Shown: one piece after another, positions 21,017 to 30,113 of the stretch | Layout of the letters: each line of letters starts with the position of its first letter | Position numbering within the stretch: the first letter of the stretch is position 1 | Origin: a virus | Lineage: Duplodnaviria; Heunggongvirae; Uroviricota; Caudoviricetes | Length of the DNA: 64,000 bases | IMG/VR virus record: IMGVR_UViG_3300028591_000002 | Coordinates: 110,718-174,717 of that record | Strand: one strand, 5' to 3' | Position numbers and translations under genes: made by a program | The notes under the pieces: generated by a model | What the model saw: only the letters and a program-made list of their open reading frames with translations | Told to the model about the DNA's origin: nothing | The model's database searches: none

Positions 21017-21390
21017 AATAAATAAAAAAGGGAGAATAGACCAAAGTCTACTCTCCCAAAAAACAAAAATTTGAATATGAAAAGAAAATAAGTTAATTCT
21101 AATTACAAAGCCTTTGGGGCATTAGCGTCTAAAAACGCTAAGATTGGCCATAATAACCACAAGTCCCATAAGGCAAAAACCAAATGTTTCCATAACAAAT
21201 AAATTTTAGTTATTGAATAAAAAAAATTAATCTTTTCTCCAGAGTATTATATAATCTCTTACTCCAGAGAATATATTAGTATACCATAAGGTAACTAATT
21301 TTTCTCCTTTAACTTCTGTAGTTATAATATTTGGGTCTAAATATAGATAACCTAGAACTAAGAAGAATATTCCAAGTATATATAACATAA

Positions 21391-21825
21391 TTATTTAATA
21401 TTTATAAAATCCAACATCAAACAATCTTCTTCTATAGGTTCTTTGTAGAATTTTTTATTAAATAGAATTGAATATAACTTAGGAAAAATTCCAATAAATT
21501 TAGGATTTTTTGGAGAAGAAGAAAACTTACCATTAATCGATAACTTATTTTTAAAATCATAAAGACATTTCCAGTCATATTTTCTTACACCACCAATAAA
21601 CCGTATATTGGGGTAAAGCTTTTCCACTTCAGCACAGAGCTGAACAAATTTATTTTCTTCTTTAATATCTTCTTTTGTTATTTCCAAAACTAATTGAACC
21701 CAACAATCTTTTGCGTCATTAATAATACTAAAGAGGTTATATACATTACAAGGGAATATAACAAAACCATGTTTTGTATACCATCTATTATCTTTAAAAT
21801 ATACTCTAATATCAAATACTCTCAC
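21391..21825 (-). CDS. hypothetical protein
   Basis: 144 aa ORF. Confidence 0.4.
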   Translation of the reverse strand: MRVFDIRVYFKDNRWYTKHGFVIFPCNVYNLFSIINDAKDCWVQLVLEITKEDIKEENKFVQLCAEVEKLYPNIRFIGGVRKYDWKCLYDFKNKLSINGKFSSSPKNPKFIGIFPKLYSILFNKKFYKEPIEEDCLMLDFINIK

Positions 21826-21944
21826 ATTATAATCTCGATATTGAGTTCCTATATCTTTATTCTAACATCTAGCCATCCACATAAATGGTTTATAATACCA
21901 TTTTAATGGTTTTTGATAAGTCATTGTATTGTGAGAACCTATAA

Positions 21945-22196
21945 TCATAATTTAATATCATATTCTTTTAATAAGAATTGGAGTAATTTTTTATGATTTT
22001 TATTCATCCAATTCTTTGCTGTTGATATAATTTCAAATTTTTCTTCATTGAATTTATATAAACCAGTTAGTTTACATACCCTTTTATTAGGTTTTAATTT
22101 ATATAAATCAAATAGTAAATCATTATTTTTATTATAGCCTATTGGTTGTAATTTATAGTCTCTATATTTAATAGAATTTGTTTTACTTTTTAACAT
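21945..22196 (-). CDS. hypothetical protein
   Basis: 83 aa ORF. Confidence 0.35.
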   Translation of the reverse strand: MLKSKTNSIKYRDYKLQPIGYNKNNDLLFDLYKLKPNKRVCKLTGLYKFNEEKFEIISTAKNWMNKNHKKLLQFLLKEYDIKL

Positions 22197-22216
22197 TTGG
22201 ACCTATAAGCATTTTT

Positions 22217-22618
22217 TCATAAATTAATCATTGACATAATATCATTTCTTGTAGAGAATGCAAAAGGGCCTTTTCCTCCACGACAGCCACTATAAATTAT
22301 CTTATCAGTATGACATTCATATTCTGCATAGGCAATCATATTGATGTAACGCTCATACAAATCTTTTCCGTCAATAGTTTCATATCCAACTTTTGGATCT
22401 GTATAATCAATATTGATTTTCTTAGAATCCCATGTGAGTGTTTCACCCTTTACAGATCTACAGGCTGTCTTAAATGTAATTTCTTTATGATTCTGCTCAA
22501 TCTTTGCAATTACAATACCAAAACCTACTGGCTTACCATAAATATTGCCAATATTGTGAGAAGACATCTGGCGGTAGCCCATTGTGATGAATGCCTGATT
22601 TAATATATTTCTGTTCAT
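22217..22618 (-). CDS. hypothetical protein
   Basis: 133 aa ORF. Confidence 0.45.
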   Translation of the reverse strand: MNRNILNQAFITMGYRQMSSHNIGNIYGKPVGFGIVIAKIEQNHKEITFKTACRSVKGETLTWDSKKINIDYTDPKVGYETIDGKDLYERYINMIAYAEYECHTDKIIYSGCRGGKGPFAFSTRNDIMSMINL

Positions 22619-22619
22619 A

Positions 22620-22910
22620 TTACTTCCAGATATTTATAAACTCAATATTTTTGATTTCTGTACGGTGCAATGTCAAATACTCATTTTCTACTGTGTGATG
22701 ACCATTTGCCCATCCATGACGTTCGATAACTAAATCAACTGCATCACCGTGAAACGATGCTTTCAAAATTTTATCATCTCCATGTACATGCCATAAAACT
22801 GAATGATAATAGCATCTTGCATTGTTCTTATTGAATACACAATAGTTAAATTCAATGTCTTGAGTTTCACCAATTCTATTTTGCCAATCTTTCCAAAATT
22901 TCTTAGTCAT
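22620..22910 (-). CDS. hypothetical His-rich protein
   Basis: 96 aa, HVHGDD..HGWANGHH. Confidence 0.45.
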   Translation of the reverse strand: MTKKFWKDWQNRIGETQDIEFNYCVFNKNNARCYYHSVLWHVHGDDKILKASFHGDAVDLVIERHGWANGHHTVENEYLTLHRTEIKNIEFINIWK

Positions 22911-23197
22911 ATATTTTTTTAATTAGTTTAATAAAAAAATTATAAAGAGAAAGCATAATAAACTGTCTAAGTGCATTAACCACTATGCTAAAAGGTCTAT
23001 TCAAATGGCGATCTTTACGGGAATCGAACCCGTGAATAACGAAGTAAGTTTATTATTGGCTACTTTATAATTATAGGCGGAGGTGTCTTATATCACTATC
23101 AGAATTCTAGATAATTTCTTCACAATTAATAGTATCTTATAGGCCTAATATATCACTTTGTAAGACTTATTAATTATTGCAAGTGAACCTCCATGTG

Positions 23198-23271
23198 TAG
23201 GGACAACGGGACTTGAACCCGTATCTCCGCCTTGAAGGGGCGGCCACCTAACCTATTAGTAAGATATCCCC
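23198..23271 (-). tRNA. tRNA-Glu(TTC)
   Basis: Hand-folded cloverleaf. Anticodon stem ccgcc/ggcgg as in E. coli tRNA-Glu, loop ccTTCaa (C33 variant), T-arm acggg-ttcaagt-cccgt. Confidence 0.65.
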
Positions 23272-23276
23272 ATTAG

Positions 23277-23348
23277 AGCGAGTAATGGGAATCGAACCCA
23301 CATCTCCAGCTTGGAAGGCTGAAGCACTAGCCGTTGTGCTATACTCGC
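23277..23348 (-). tRNA. tRNA-Gly(TCC)
   Basis: Clean cloverleaf: acceptor gcgagta/tactcgc, D-arm gcac..gtgc, anticodon loop ctTCCaa, T-loop ttcgatt. Confidence 0.85.
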
Positions 23349-23489
23349 AGGTGGGATTTTTTCCTTAGGACCCCAAACCTTAGTTCCGTGTTACGTCTCT
23401 GAACCCCCGCTTAATCCTAAAATAGTATTTATTACGTAATTCAACTATAATAGTATTAAGATATTTTAATAAAAATATTCAAAAATATA

Positions 23490-23563
23490 GTGGAGCCTAT
23501 GGGAGTCGAACTCATGTCCCAGGCCTGAAAAGCTAGTGCTCTATCAACTGAGCTACTTTCGCA
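23490..23563 (-). pseudogene. tRNA-like chimera / tRNA pseudogene
   Basis: Canonical D-arm tagctcagttgatagagca and T-arm, but the 5' acceptor gcgaaag does not pair with the 3' end aggctcc and the anticodon stem has 2 mismatches. The 3' part is duplicated at 24319-24347. Confidence 0.35.
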
Positions 23564-23568
23564 TTATA

Positions 23569-24156
23569 TTATAATCCAAATTTTTTCAGTATTGAAAATT
23601 TATCCATTTGAGAAAACTGAGAAGATGTAACACTAAAGTTATTGGCACCATTACTAAATATTACACGATTAGAAAGTGATTCCATATGTTTAATATATTT
23701 AAGCACAGTATCACACTGTTCTTTGGTCCAATAAATAGGATTTTCATCATCAGTAATCCAATAAATTACTTCATTATTACGAATTTTAATAAATCCATTC
23801 CTCTCTAGGTCAAAATCAATACCATATCCAGTACGATTTTTTATATCAAATTTGTCTTTATAAAATTCATATACTTCTACTGCCAGAGCCATATGTACTA
23901 GTGATAATTCATCTGAATTCATCCCATAAAATTTTCCATCTGGTGCAATAAATCCAGTAGGCTCATCAAATTTAGTTATGTCTTCAGATACTTCATCAAG
24001 TGGCTCTTTTGATACCTCACATTCAATATTATCACAATTAAATTTAGTATATAGAGTTTCATTGATTTCATCCTCTAATTTATTCTCAGTAAAATGAGAA
24101 TGAACATCTATTGGTATAGATAACCAAACAGTTGCTCTAAATCTTCTTGAGTTCAT
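23569..24156 (-). CDS. hypothetical protein
   Basis: 195 aa ORF embedded in the tRNA array. Confidence 0.5.
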   Translation of the reverse strand: MNSRRFRATVWLSIPIDVHSHFTENKLEDEINETLYTKFNCDNIECEVSKEPLDEVSEDITKFDEPTGFIAPDGKFYGMNSDELSLVHMALAVEVYEFYKDKFDIKNRTGYGIDFDLERNGFIKIRNNEVIYWITDDENPIYWTKEQCDTVLKYIKHMESLSNRVIFSNGANNFSVTSSQFSQMDKFSILKKFGL

Positions 24157-24216
24157 TATTAAATATCATATTTTTTAAAGATTAAAATACATAGAGAATA
24201 GTGAATACGGACAAAT

Positions 24217-24288
24217 ACGGTTTTGTTGGAATCGAACCAACACATTCTGATTACAAGTCTGACGCTCTACCAAATGAGCTAAAAATCG
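24217..24288 (-). tRNA. tRNA-Thr(TGT)
   Basis: Cloverleaf with anticodon loop ctTGTaa; one A-A mismatch in the anticodon stem and one acceptor mismatch. Confidence 0.7.
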
Positions 24289-24318
24289 AAGTAACCGTAT
24301 TCATGACTACTATGTTTA

Positions 24319-24347
24319 GTGGAGCCTATGGGAGTCGAACCCATGTC
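24319..24347 (-). other. orphan tRNA 3'-fragment (T-arm plus acceptor 3' strand)
   Basis: tggagcctatgggagtcgaacccat, a near-identical copy of the 3' part of the 23490-23563 element; no 5' half nearby. Confidence 0.4.
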
Positions 24348-24607
24348 CAAAATAACTCAAATAAAGAAATTTAATACAGGTTTATAAATCATATAATAAA
24401 TTCTAAAATTCTCAGTGATAGTTAATGTCTCACAACATTATAAAAGTTTCTGTTACCAAGTACTTTTAAAACTCTGGCTTAGGCAGCCATGTTGAAATAA
24501 TCAATTTCAGCAGTTAATTTTAATTTGTCAAATTTAAAGACTTCAACGTGTCTACCTGATTTCTGTATTTAATATTATCTGTCAAAACCAAATAAGGCCC
24601 CGATTTG

Positions 24608-24695
24608 AGGAGATTGAGGGATTCGAACCCCCGGAACGTTTTACCGCCCTCTGGTTTTCAAGACCAGTACAATCGACCAACTCTGTCAAATCTCC
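24608..24695 (-). tRNA. tRNA-Ser(TGA)
   Basis: Acceptor ggagatt/aatctcc, anticodon arm ctggt-ctTGAaa-accag, long variable arm (type II). Confidence 0.85.
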
Positions 24696-24700
24696 AATAG

Positions 24701-24772
24701 GGGGCAGTGACGGAATCGAACCATCATAAAGGGAACCACAATCCCTTGTCCTACCGTTGAACGAACTGTCCC
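24701..24772 (-). tRNA. tRNA-His(GTG)
   Basis: Anticodon arm aggga-ttGTGgt-tccct, extra G-1 paired with C73 (His hallmark). Confidence 0.8.
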
Positions 24773-24782
24773 ATGTTCATCG

Positions 24783-24869
24783 CGGAAGCAGAAGGATTTG
24801 AACCTCCGAGCCAAATAATTGACTAACACCTTAGCAGGGTGCCGCTTTCGACCACTCAGCCATACTTCC
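24783..24869 (-). tRNA. tRNA-Ser(GCT)
   Basis: Type II tRNA, anticodon arm gcacc-ctGCTaa-ggtgt, discriminator G. Confidence 0.85.
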
Positions 24870-25306
24870 TAGTAATGAGTTTCTACATATTTGCAAGTTT
24901 TATATTTTTTATCATAAATATATCCACAATATAATTTATCATCTTCATACCAAAGAATCAAACGATTATCATTTTCCTTAATATTGAATTCTTTATGTCT
25001 TCCAAAAAAGTAACTATTGTATACAACAATAGCTTTTGTATTGTTTCTATTTCTTCTAATGATAACATTATCTTTATGAGGAGCTTTAATAAGGTAATTT
25101 CCTTCTCCCATAGAAATAACTGTTTCATCGTCATAATCGAATGGAGAATGAATATAAAGCCTCTCAATAGGTAAAGAATCTACAATTTCATACTTTTTAA
25201 AATCATGAAAATGAGCTACTCGTCTTGGAATAGACACTTGACTAAAGCTTACTATACTAAATATAGTAAATACAATTAATAAAAGATACTTTTTCATATA
25301 ACTCAA
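24869..25306 (-). CDS. hypothetical secreted protein
   Basis: 145 aa with N-terminal signal peptide. Confidence 0.5.
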   Translation of the reverse strand: MSYMKKYLLLIVFTIFSIVSFSQVSIPRRVAHFHDFKKYEIVDSLPIERLYIHSPFDYDDETVISMGEGNYLIKAPHKDNVIIRRNRNNTKAIVVYNSYFFGRHKEFNIKENDNRLILWYEDDKLYCGYIYDKKYKTCKYVETHY

Positions 25307-25322
25307 AATTTAAAATTATTTG

Positions 25323-25395
25323 TAGGAACGCTCAGATTCGAACTGAGGTGACAACCTTGTAAGGGTTGCATACTTAACCACTATATGACATTCCT
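25323..25395 (-). tRNA. tRNA-Val(TAC)
   Basis: Anticodon arm caacc-ctTACaa-ggttg, perfect acceptor aggaatg/cattcct. Confidence 0.85.
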
Positions 25396-25553
25396 TTTTT
25401 CCCATTTTACCTGTTGGGAATCAGTTTTACATTCCACTATCCCGTACAACTCTATTAAAGGAGCGTCTTTGCTTCTCACTCTTTAATTTTCGACTTTAAT
25501 GGTTGCCTACGGTAACTTCTTCCGCTTTTTATTCACGGATGTTTCCTTCTTTG

Positions 25554-25626
25554 CGGTTCCAACGGGATTCGAACCCGTACCACGCACCGTGACAGGGTGG
25601 TATTGTAGCCATTCAACCATGAAACC
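25554..25626 (-). tRNA. tRNA-Asp(GTC)
   Basis: Anticodon loop ctGTCac, T-arm acggg-ttcgaat-cccgt. Confidence 0.8.
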
Positions 25627-25631
25627 AAAAG

Positions 25632-25705
25632 ACTCCAGTATTGGATTTGAACCAATGAATAACAGTTTTGCAGACTGCCCTTTTAGACCACTCAAGCAAC
25701 TGGAG
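25632..25705 (-). tRNA. tRNA-Cys(GCA)
   Basis: Anticodon arm gcagt-ctGCAaa-actgt; perfect acceptor and T-arm; weak D-stem. Confidence 0.75.
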
Positions 25706-25710
25706 AATTG

Positions 25711-25784
25711 CGTGCCCTGAAGGATTCGAACCTCCATCCTCTGGTTTTGGAGACCAGCTTTTTACCAGTTAAAATAAAGACACA
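25711..25784 (-). tRNA. tRNA-Trp(CCA)
   Basis: Anticodon arm ctggt-ctCCAaa-accag; AT-only D-stem tttt/aaaa; acceptor gtgtctt with G-U pairs. Confidence 0.75.
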
Positions 25785-25948
25785 TTAGCACCTTCCATCG
25801 TGTATAGCTTTCCTATACCTTACTTAGTATACTCTCCCGATATACGTACAATAGCACTTCATGGGTTAATTTAATATAGAGGTACTAAACGTACTTAGTT
25901 AAATAACTCTTCTTGACAGATTTCACTCGTTGACCAGTGCAATTATAG

Positions 25949-26035
25949 CGTGCCCAGTAGGGATCGAACCTACGATGGGGATTTCTCCACGGCAGATTAA
26001 CAGTCTGCTGCCTTCAACCACTCGGCCATAGACAC
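25949..26035 (-). tRNA. type II (long variable arm) tRNA with GTT anticodon, Ser/Tyr-like body
   Basis: D-arm tggccgagtggttgaaggca (Ser-like), anticodon stem gcaga/tctgc identical to E. coli tRNA-Tyr, loop ctGTTaa, 18-nt variable arm, discriminator G. Confidence 0.6.
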
Positions 26036-26048
26036 TTTATGTATTATA

Positions 26049-26294
26049 TTATTTTATTTTTATTATATTTTCTTTATCATTTTCTCGTCGTATCCATCTC
26101 ATAAGAATAATTGCTTTATCATAGTGAGTCATAAATGTTGCACATTCACCAACGTCTTTTTTATCAGATAAATCAATTTCAAATTGATAAACATCACCGT
26201 GTTCTGTTGTAATGTTATATACTGCAATACCACCGCTTTTCATACAGTCTAGATCTGCAGATCCTTTAACTAATTCTTTTAAATTATAAATCAT
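26049..26294 (-). CDS. hypothetical protein
   Basis: 81 aa ORF. Confidence 0.4.
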   Translation of the reverse strand: MIYNLKELVKGSADLDCMKSGGIAVYNITTEHGDVYQFEIDLSDKKDVGECATFMTHYDKAIILMRWIRRENDKENIIKIK

Positions 26295-26489
26295 AATATT
26301 TCAAAAAAAAATAAAAAAAAATGAGTGTTTCTGATAATGCTGTGTTTAGATTGTCTTAATATCTAGTCCAAGTTTAGATATATATTTCTAATCATTTAAC
26401 TTATTGCTACAAAGGAGAGGCCTTCTCCGTTCACTATCCTTGGTCTTTGTACACTATTTCAATGAAACACCAATTATCTAGTTTTTAGT

Positions 26490-26557
26490 TGCGAGGGTGG
26501 GAATCGAACCCACGAAGTCTAGCTTATGAGACTAGATGGAATACCAATTCTCCTCGC
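26490..26557 (-). tRNA. tRNA-Met(CAT), elongator-type
   Basis: Anticodon arm ctagt-ctCATaa-gctag, T-arm gtggg-ttcgatt-cccac; short or atypical D-arm (68 nt). Confidence 0.55.
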
Positions 26558-26564
26558 TATATAG

Positions 26565-26640
26565 TGGAAACACTTGGAGTTGAACCAAAGGCCTTTGGTT
26601 TTTCAGACCAACGCGCAACAACCACCTACGCTATGTTTCC
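26565..26640 (-). tRNA. tRNA-Phe(GAA)
   Basis: Anticodon arm ttggt-ctGAAaa-accaa; acceptor ggaaaca/tgtttcc. Confidence 0.85.
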
Positions 26641-26646
26641 AATTAG

Positions 26647-26730
26647 TGGGAGGGGAGGGACTCGAACCCCCAGTCCATTTAAGGAGTGGATTTACAGTCC
26701 ACGCGGCTACCAGTTACCGGTTACCCTCCC
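26647..26730 (-). tRNA. tRNA-Tyr(GTA)
   Basis: Type II, anticodon arm gtgga-ctGTAaa-tccac, acceptor gggaggg/ccctccc, discriminator A. Confidence 0.85.
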
Positions 26731-26865
26731 TTATTGTTAAGACTTGTTCCATCTTAACAATTCTTTCAACTATTTCGTTTTCGATGAAATAGTAAATTCG
26801 ACCTATTTTTAACAGAGATAGGTTTCTGCCTAGTACTTCTGCCCCGTACTAGTAGGGGAACAATG

Positions 26866-26939
26866 TGGAGCCAGTGAGACTCGAACTCACGACTTTTTGC
26901 GTGCAAAGCAAATGCTCTAGCCAACTGAGCTATGACCCC
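26866..26939 (-). tRNA. tRNA-Ala(TGC)
   Basis: Anticodon arm tttgc-ttTGCac-gcaaa; G3-U70 identity pair present. Confidence 0.85.
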
Positions 26940-27085
26940 TTAAACCAAATCTACAATATGAACACCGTATTATAAGATACGTACAATTCCCTACCTCAGA
27001 CCGTCCTTTGGGTTTCCACCAAAATCATTCTTGCTGAATGCCTCTTCCACTTATAGAGTCTTATACCTCTAAACCTCGATTTGGT

Positions 27086-27421
27086 TTATTTAATGTTCTT
27101 ACCAATTTCCATACCTTTTTTAAATGCTTCTTCTGGAGAAACATCATACGGTTTATCTCCAAAAATAGGGTGTGAACATTGATATGTATTATAAATTATA
27201 TCACAAGTTTCCTTGTCATAATATCCTGCAAAATATCCAAAGTTAGACTTTGCTATTTTTTCTGCTTCAGCATACGTATTAACTTCTTTATAAGTATTAA
27301 GGATATGTTCTACATACGCTTTAAAGAAACTTATAGCTTTGTTCTTATTAGTTTTTGCATAACGAAGTGCTTCATCAAACACTTTTCCAATTGTATTAAA
27401 TTCTTTTCCTTCGTAAACCAT
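27086..27421 (-). CDS. hypothetical protein
   Basis: 111 aa ORF. Confidence 0.45.
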   Translation of the reverse strand: MVYEGKEFNTIGKVFDEALRYAKTNKNKAISFFKAYVEHILNTYKEVNTYAEAEKIAKSNFGYFAGYYDKETCDIIYNTYQCSHPIFGDKPYDVSPEEAFKKGMEIGKNIK

Positions 27422-27451
27422 ATTACTTATAAAATTTTAAATGTTTATTTG

Positions 27452-27524
27452 TCGGGATAGCAGGACTCGAACCTACTCCGCTTGGTCCCAAACCAAGTAT
27501 GCTACCATTAAACACCATATCCCG
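27452..27524 (-). tRNA. tRNA-Pro(TGG)
   Basis: C1-G72 acceptor (Pro hallmark), anticodon arm cttgg-ttTGGga-ccaag. Confidence 0.85.
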
Positions 27525-27618
27525 AGTTACCCCTTCAAAGAAGGGGCTGGCTGTTGCATAAGCAACCGAAATGATTAATATATTTTTTTATATTTAAACT
27601 CAATCTTATCTTCGCAGA

Positions 27619-27963
27619 TTAGAAATGAGTCCATTTATTTTCTTCTTTATTATAATTTACTTTAGCTAATTTATATATCATATTTAAATCTTCAACCGAT
27701 TTAATAATCAAAAAATTAGAATTAAAATTATTTCCTAATTGTCCAGTAAAATTAAATTCATCGGAATACATCAAATTTGATACAATTACATTAGCATAGA
27801 TACCATCACCTTTTTCATAACGTTTAGTTAGTTTAGCTTCCCAAACATCAAAATCTATAACTTTCTCAATACATATATTGTATCCATTTTCTTCAAAATA
27901 TTTTCTAGTTAATTTTTCCATAATATATTTAATTTTTTGAGCCTCTTGTCGGATTCGAACCAA
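27619..27963 (-). CDS. hypothetical protein
   Basis: 114 aa ORF. The true start is probably the internal Met, which avoids overlap with the adjacent tRNA. Confidence 0.45.
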   Translation of the reverse strand: MVRIRQEAQKIKYIMEKLTRKYFEENGYNICIEKVIDFDVWEAKLTKRYEKGDGIYANVIVSNLMYSDEFNFTGQLGNNFNSNFLIIKSVEDLNMIYKLAKVNYNKEENKWTHF

Positions 27964-28013
27964 CGACCCCGAGATTACAAATCACGTGCTCTGGCCAACT
28001 GAGCTAAAGAGGC
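27940..28013 (-). tRNA. tRNA-Thr(TGT)-like (second copy)
   Basis: Perfect acceptor gcctctt/aagaggc, D-arm gctc..gagc, anticodon loop ttTGTaa with one U-U mismatch in the stem. Confidence 0.6.
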
Positions 28014-28151
28014 AGAAGCATACCCCCTAAGGAGTATGCCAAATACAATGAAAGTTTTTAACATCGTTGCTAACTTGTTTATTCTCACGAACCAACACGT
28101 TATATGGGTATTAACCCAATTTTTAAACTATGTTAGATAAAAATTATTTTA

Positions 28152-28751
28152 TTAAATATAATAATCATTTTTAAATCCCTGTGAATAATCAACATTTTCT
28201 CCAAATACAGGGTCAACATCTGTAACTTCTCCAGTTACAGCATCCACAAATAATTGATACTTAGTATTTCCAAAAATGTATTGTGGATTACATATATTCG
28301 GACCAATAGCTTTTCTTAATGTAATGTTTTTACTATGTGGTTTTGGATAATTGGATTCCATTAATTTGTTATATGCTTCCCTAAATGTTAATTTTATATC
28401 TGAATAATTAAGTGGGAAACATTCCATCCAAATACCGTTAATAGTTGTTTTTCCAGTTATATAATCAAAGATTACTACTTTTGGAGTATTTCCATTTACT
28501 TGAAAAACACTATTAATAGATTCAATGTTAAAATGTTCTACCTTATTCAAGGAATCCTTAAGAACAACTGTTGTATTATACCATACGAAGTTTTCTTCGT
28601 AAGAAATAAACATATCTTCCATATTGGTAGATATAAATTGTTCTGGAACAATTTGTTCAACATCATTGGAAATAGGTTTATTCTTCTCACAAGATGTGAA
28701 GGATAGCAGAAATACTGCTAAAATTGCAAAGATTTTAATAAAATTCTTCAT
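28152..28751 (-). CDS. lipoprotein
   Basis: Signal peptide plus lipobox LSFTSC. Confidence 0.55.
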   Translation of the reverse strand: MKNFIKIFAILAVFLLSFTSCEKNKPISNDVEQIVPEQFISTNMEDMFISYEENFVWYNTTVVLKDSLNKVEHFNIESINSVFQVNGNTPKVVIFDYITGKTTINGIWMECFPLNYSDIKLTFREAYNKLMESNYPKPHSKNITLRKAIGPNICNPQYIFGNTKYQLFVDAVTGEVTDVDPVFGENVDYSQGFKNDYYI

Positions 28752-28757
28752 ATTTTT

Positions 28758-29831
28758 TTATTTAAATAATGAAATTATTACACAACGTTGGGAAGTTCTG
28801 GTATTTGCACCCATTCCTTCTAATTTATTAATTTTAACTCCCTTATTAGAAAGATAATCTGCAACTGCCTTTGCTCTTTGTTCAGAAAGAATCTTATTAT
28901 ATTCTGGATTAGAAGAGTCTTCAAATGAAGAATATCCAAATACATTTACAATTGAATTTTCTCCAATATGTTTAACTAATCTATCAAGAATATCTTTGGA
29001 ATTATCATCAAGCTCCGAACTATTAAAAGCAAATGGAACAAAGAATGGATTTCCAGTATTATGAATTATTTCCCTTACAATAGTCTTTTCCACAACATTT
29101 GGTCTTGGAGGACGTCTATTTTCCAATTCTTTGATTTTTGCTTCATAATATCCAATGTCGTATGTCTTGAAATTATGAGTTCCATTAGATGTCTTAAATT
29201 TATGAACAAATGTTACTCTAGGTTCAAGTTGTGCTCTATTTTTATTAAATTGTAATTGGTCACCATTATTAGAAATTTTCCACAAGACATCAGCTCCAAC
29301 CTGTAGTGCATTAGCATCACTTAGATTAAATCGTACTGCAGCTCCTGTCTTAATACCAAATGCATTATTATCTTTGCGATGTGGTATATAGGCATGAGCA
29401 TAATCGACACCACCTCTTACAAAGAGTTCTGCTTTATGTGGTTTATTAAAATATGGATACAAAATATTAGTAACATTAGTAGTACCAAATAATCCTACAC
29501 CTACTCCCCGAACCGCATTATGAGCATAGGGATGGTCGAAACGATTAGTAATTCTGTTATGATTTGCATCAAATAACTGTGTACTATTACTTCCGAACCA
29601 TAAATCACCCTCAATCTCAGCACCAAATATAGGATCGAACTGCTTACCTAATACAAGATGTCCCATTGGATTTACTGGGAATACCTTATTAAAAGTAAGA
29701 GGAGTTGCTACACCAGCACCTACACCTGCATACCAGTTATCCATGAAATTAGTTGAACTTGTTGCAATTTGGGCATTGCTTGCCATGAAAATTCCTAAAG
29801 TAAGGAATAAAGATAAAATAAATTTCTTCAT
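28758..29831 (-). CDS. OmpA-family outer-membrane protein (beta-barrel plus OmpA C-terminal-like domain)
   Basis: Signal peptide MKKFILSLFLTLGIFMASNAQ; C-terminal ...NPEYNKILSEQRAKAVADYL... resembles the OmpA/MotB peptidoglycan-binding motif. Confidence 0.6.
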   Translation of the reverse strand: MKKFILSLFLTLGIFMASNAQIATSSTNFMDNWYAGVGAGVATPLTFNKVFPVNPMGHLVLGKQFDPIFGAEIEGDLWFGSNSTQLFDANHNRITNRFDHPYAHNAVRGVGVGLFGTTNVTNILYPYFNKPHKAELFVRGGVDYAHAYIPHRKDNNAFGIKTGAAVRFNLSDANALQVGADVLWKISNNGDQLQFNKNRAQLEPRVTFVHKFKTSNGTHNFKTYDIGYYEAKIKELENRRPPRPNVVEKTIVREIIHNTGNPFFVPFAFNSSELDDNSKDILDRLVKHIGENSIVNVFGYSSFEDSSNPEYNKILSEQRAKAVADYLSNKGVKINKLEGMGANTRTSQRCVIISLFK

Positions 29832-29871
29832 TTTACATTAAACATTAATTAATTAATAAAAAAATCTAAAG

Positions 29872-29943
29872 TAGGGCCAGTAAGATTCGAACTTAACACC
29901 AGCAGAGTCAAAGTCTGCTGTGCTACCATTACACCATAGCCCT
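29872..29943 (-). tRNA. tRNA-Gln(TTG)
   Basis: Anticodon arm gcaga-ctTTGac-tctgc; D-arm tggtgtaatggtagcac. Confidence 0.85.
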
Positions 29944-29957
29944 GCTTTTTTAAAGAG

Positions 29958-30112
29958 TATCTACTGTAAGAGTATCTACTGTTAAAGTATCTGCCGATAG
30001 TGTATCTACTACTGATTCTACTGAATCATTTTCTTCTTGTACTGGGGAATAACCACTTCCAGTACAACTAGCCAGTGCAACAATTGCTGCAATCAAAATT
30101 AATTTTCTCATG
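29958..30112 (-). CDS. small lipoprotein with DTLTV repeats (about 51 aa)
   Basis: Own translation MRKLILIAAIVALASCTGSGYSPVQEENDSVESVVDTLSADTLTVDTLTVDTL; lipobox LASC; coding repeats agtatctactgt. Below the ORF-track size cutoff. Confidence 0.4.
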
Positions 30113-30113
30113 T

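Noticed and set aside
25499-25737. Plus and minus ORFs 25499..25720 and 25507..25737
   Set aside because: They lie entirely over the tRNA-Asp/Cys/Trp genes; the peptides (…GFEPVPRTVTGWY…) are typical translations of tRNA sequence.
26489-26792. Plus-strand ORFs 26489..26740 and 26574..26792
   Set aside because: They cover the tRNA-Met/Phe/Tyr cluster (…GWESNP…, …GGTRTP… motifs are tRNA T-arm translations); not protein-coding.
27525-27560. Hairpin ccccttcaaagaagggg as terminator
   Set aside because: No adjacent U-run on either strand; it lies between a tRNA and a gene, and may be a processing or structural element but cannot be supported as a terminator.
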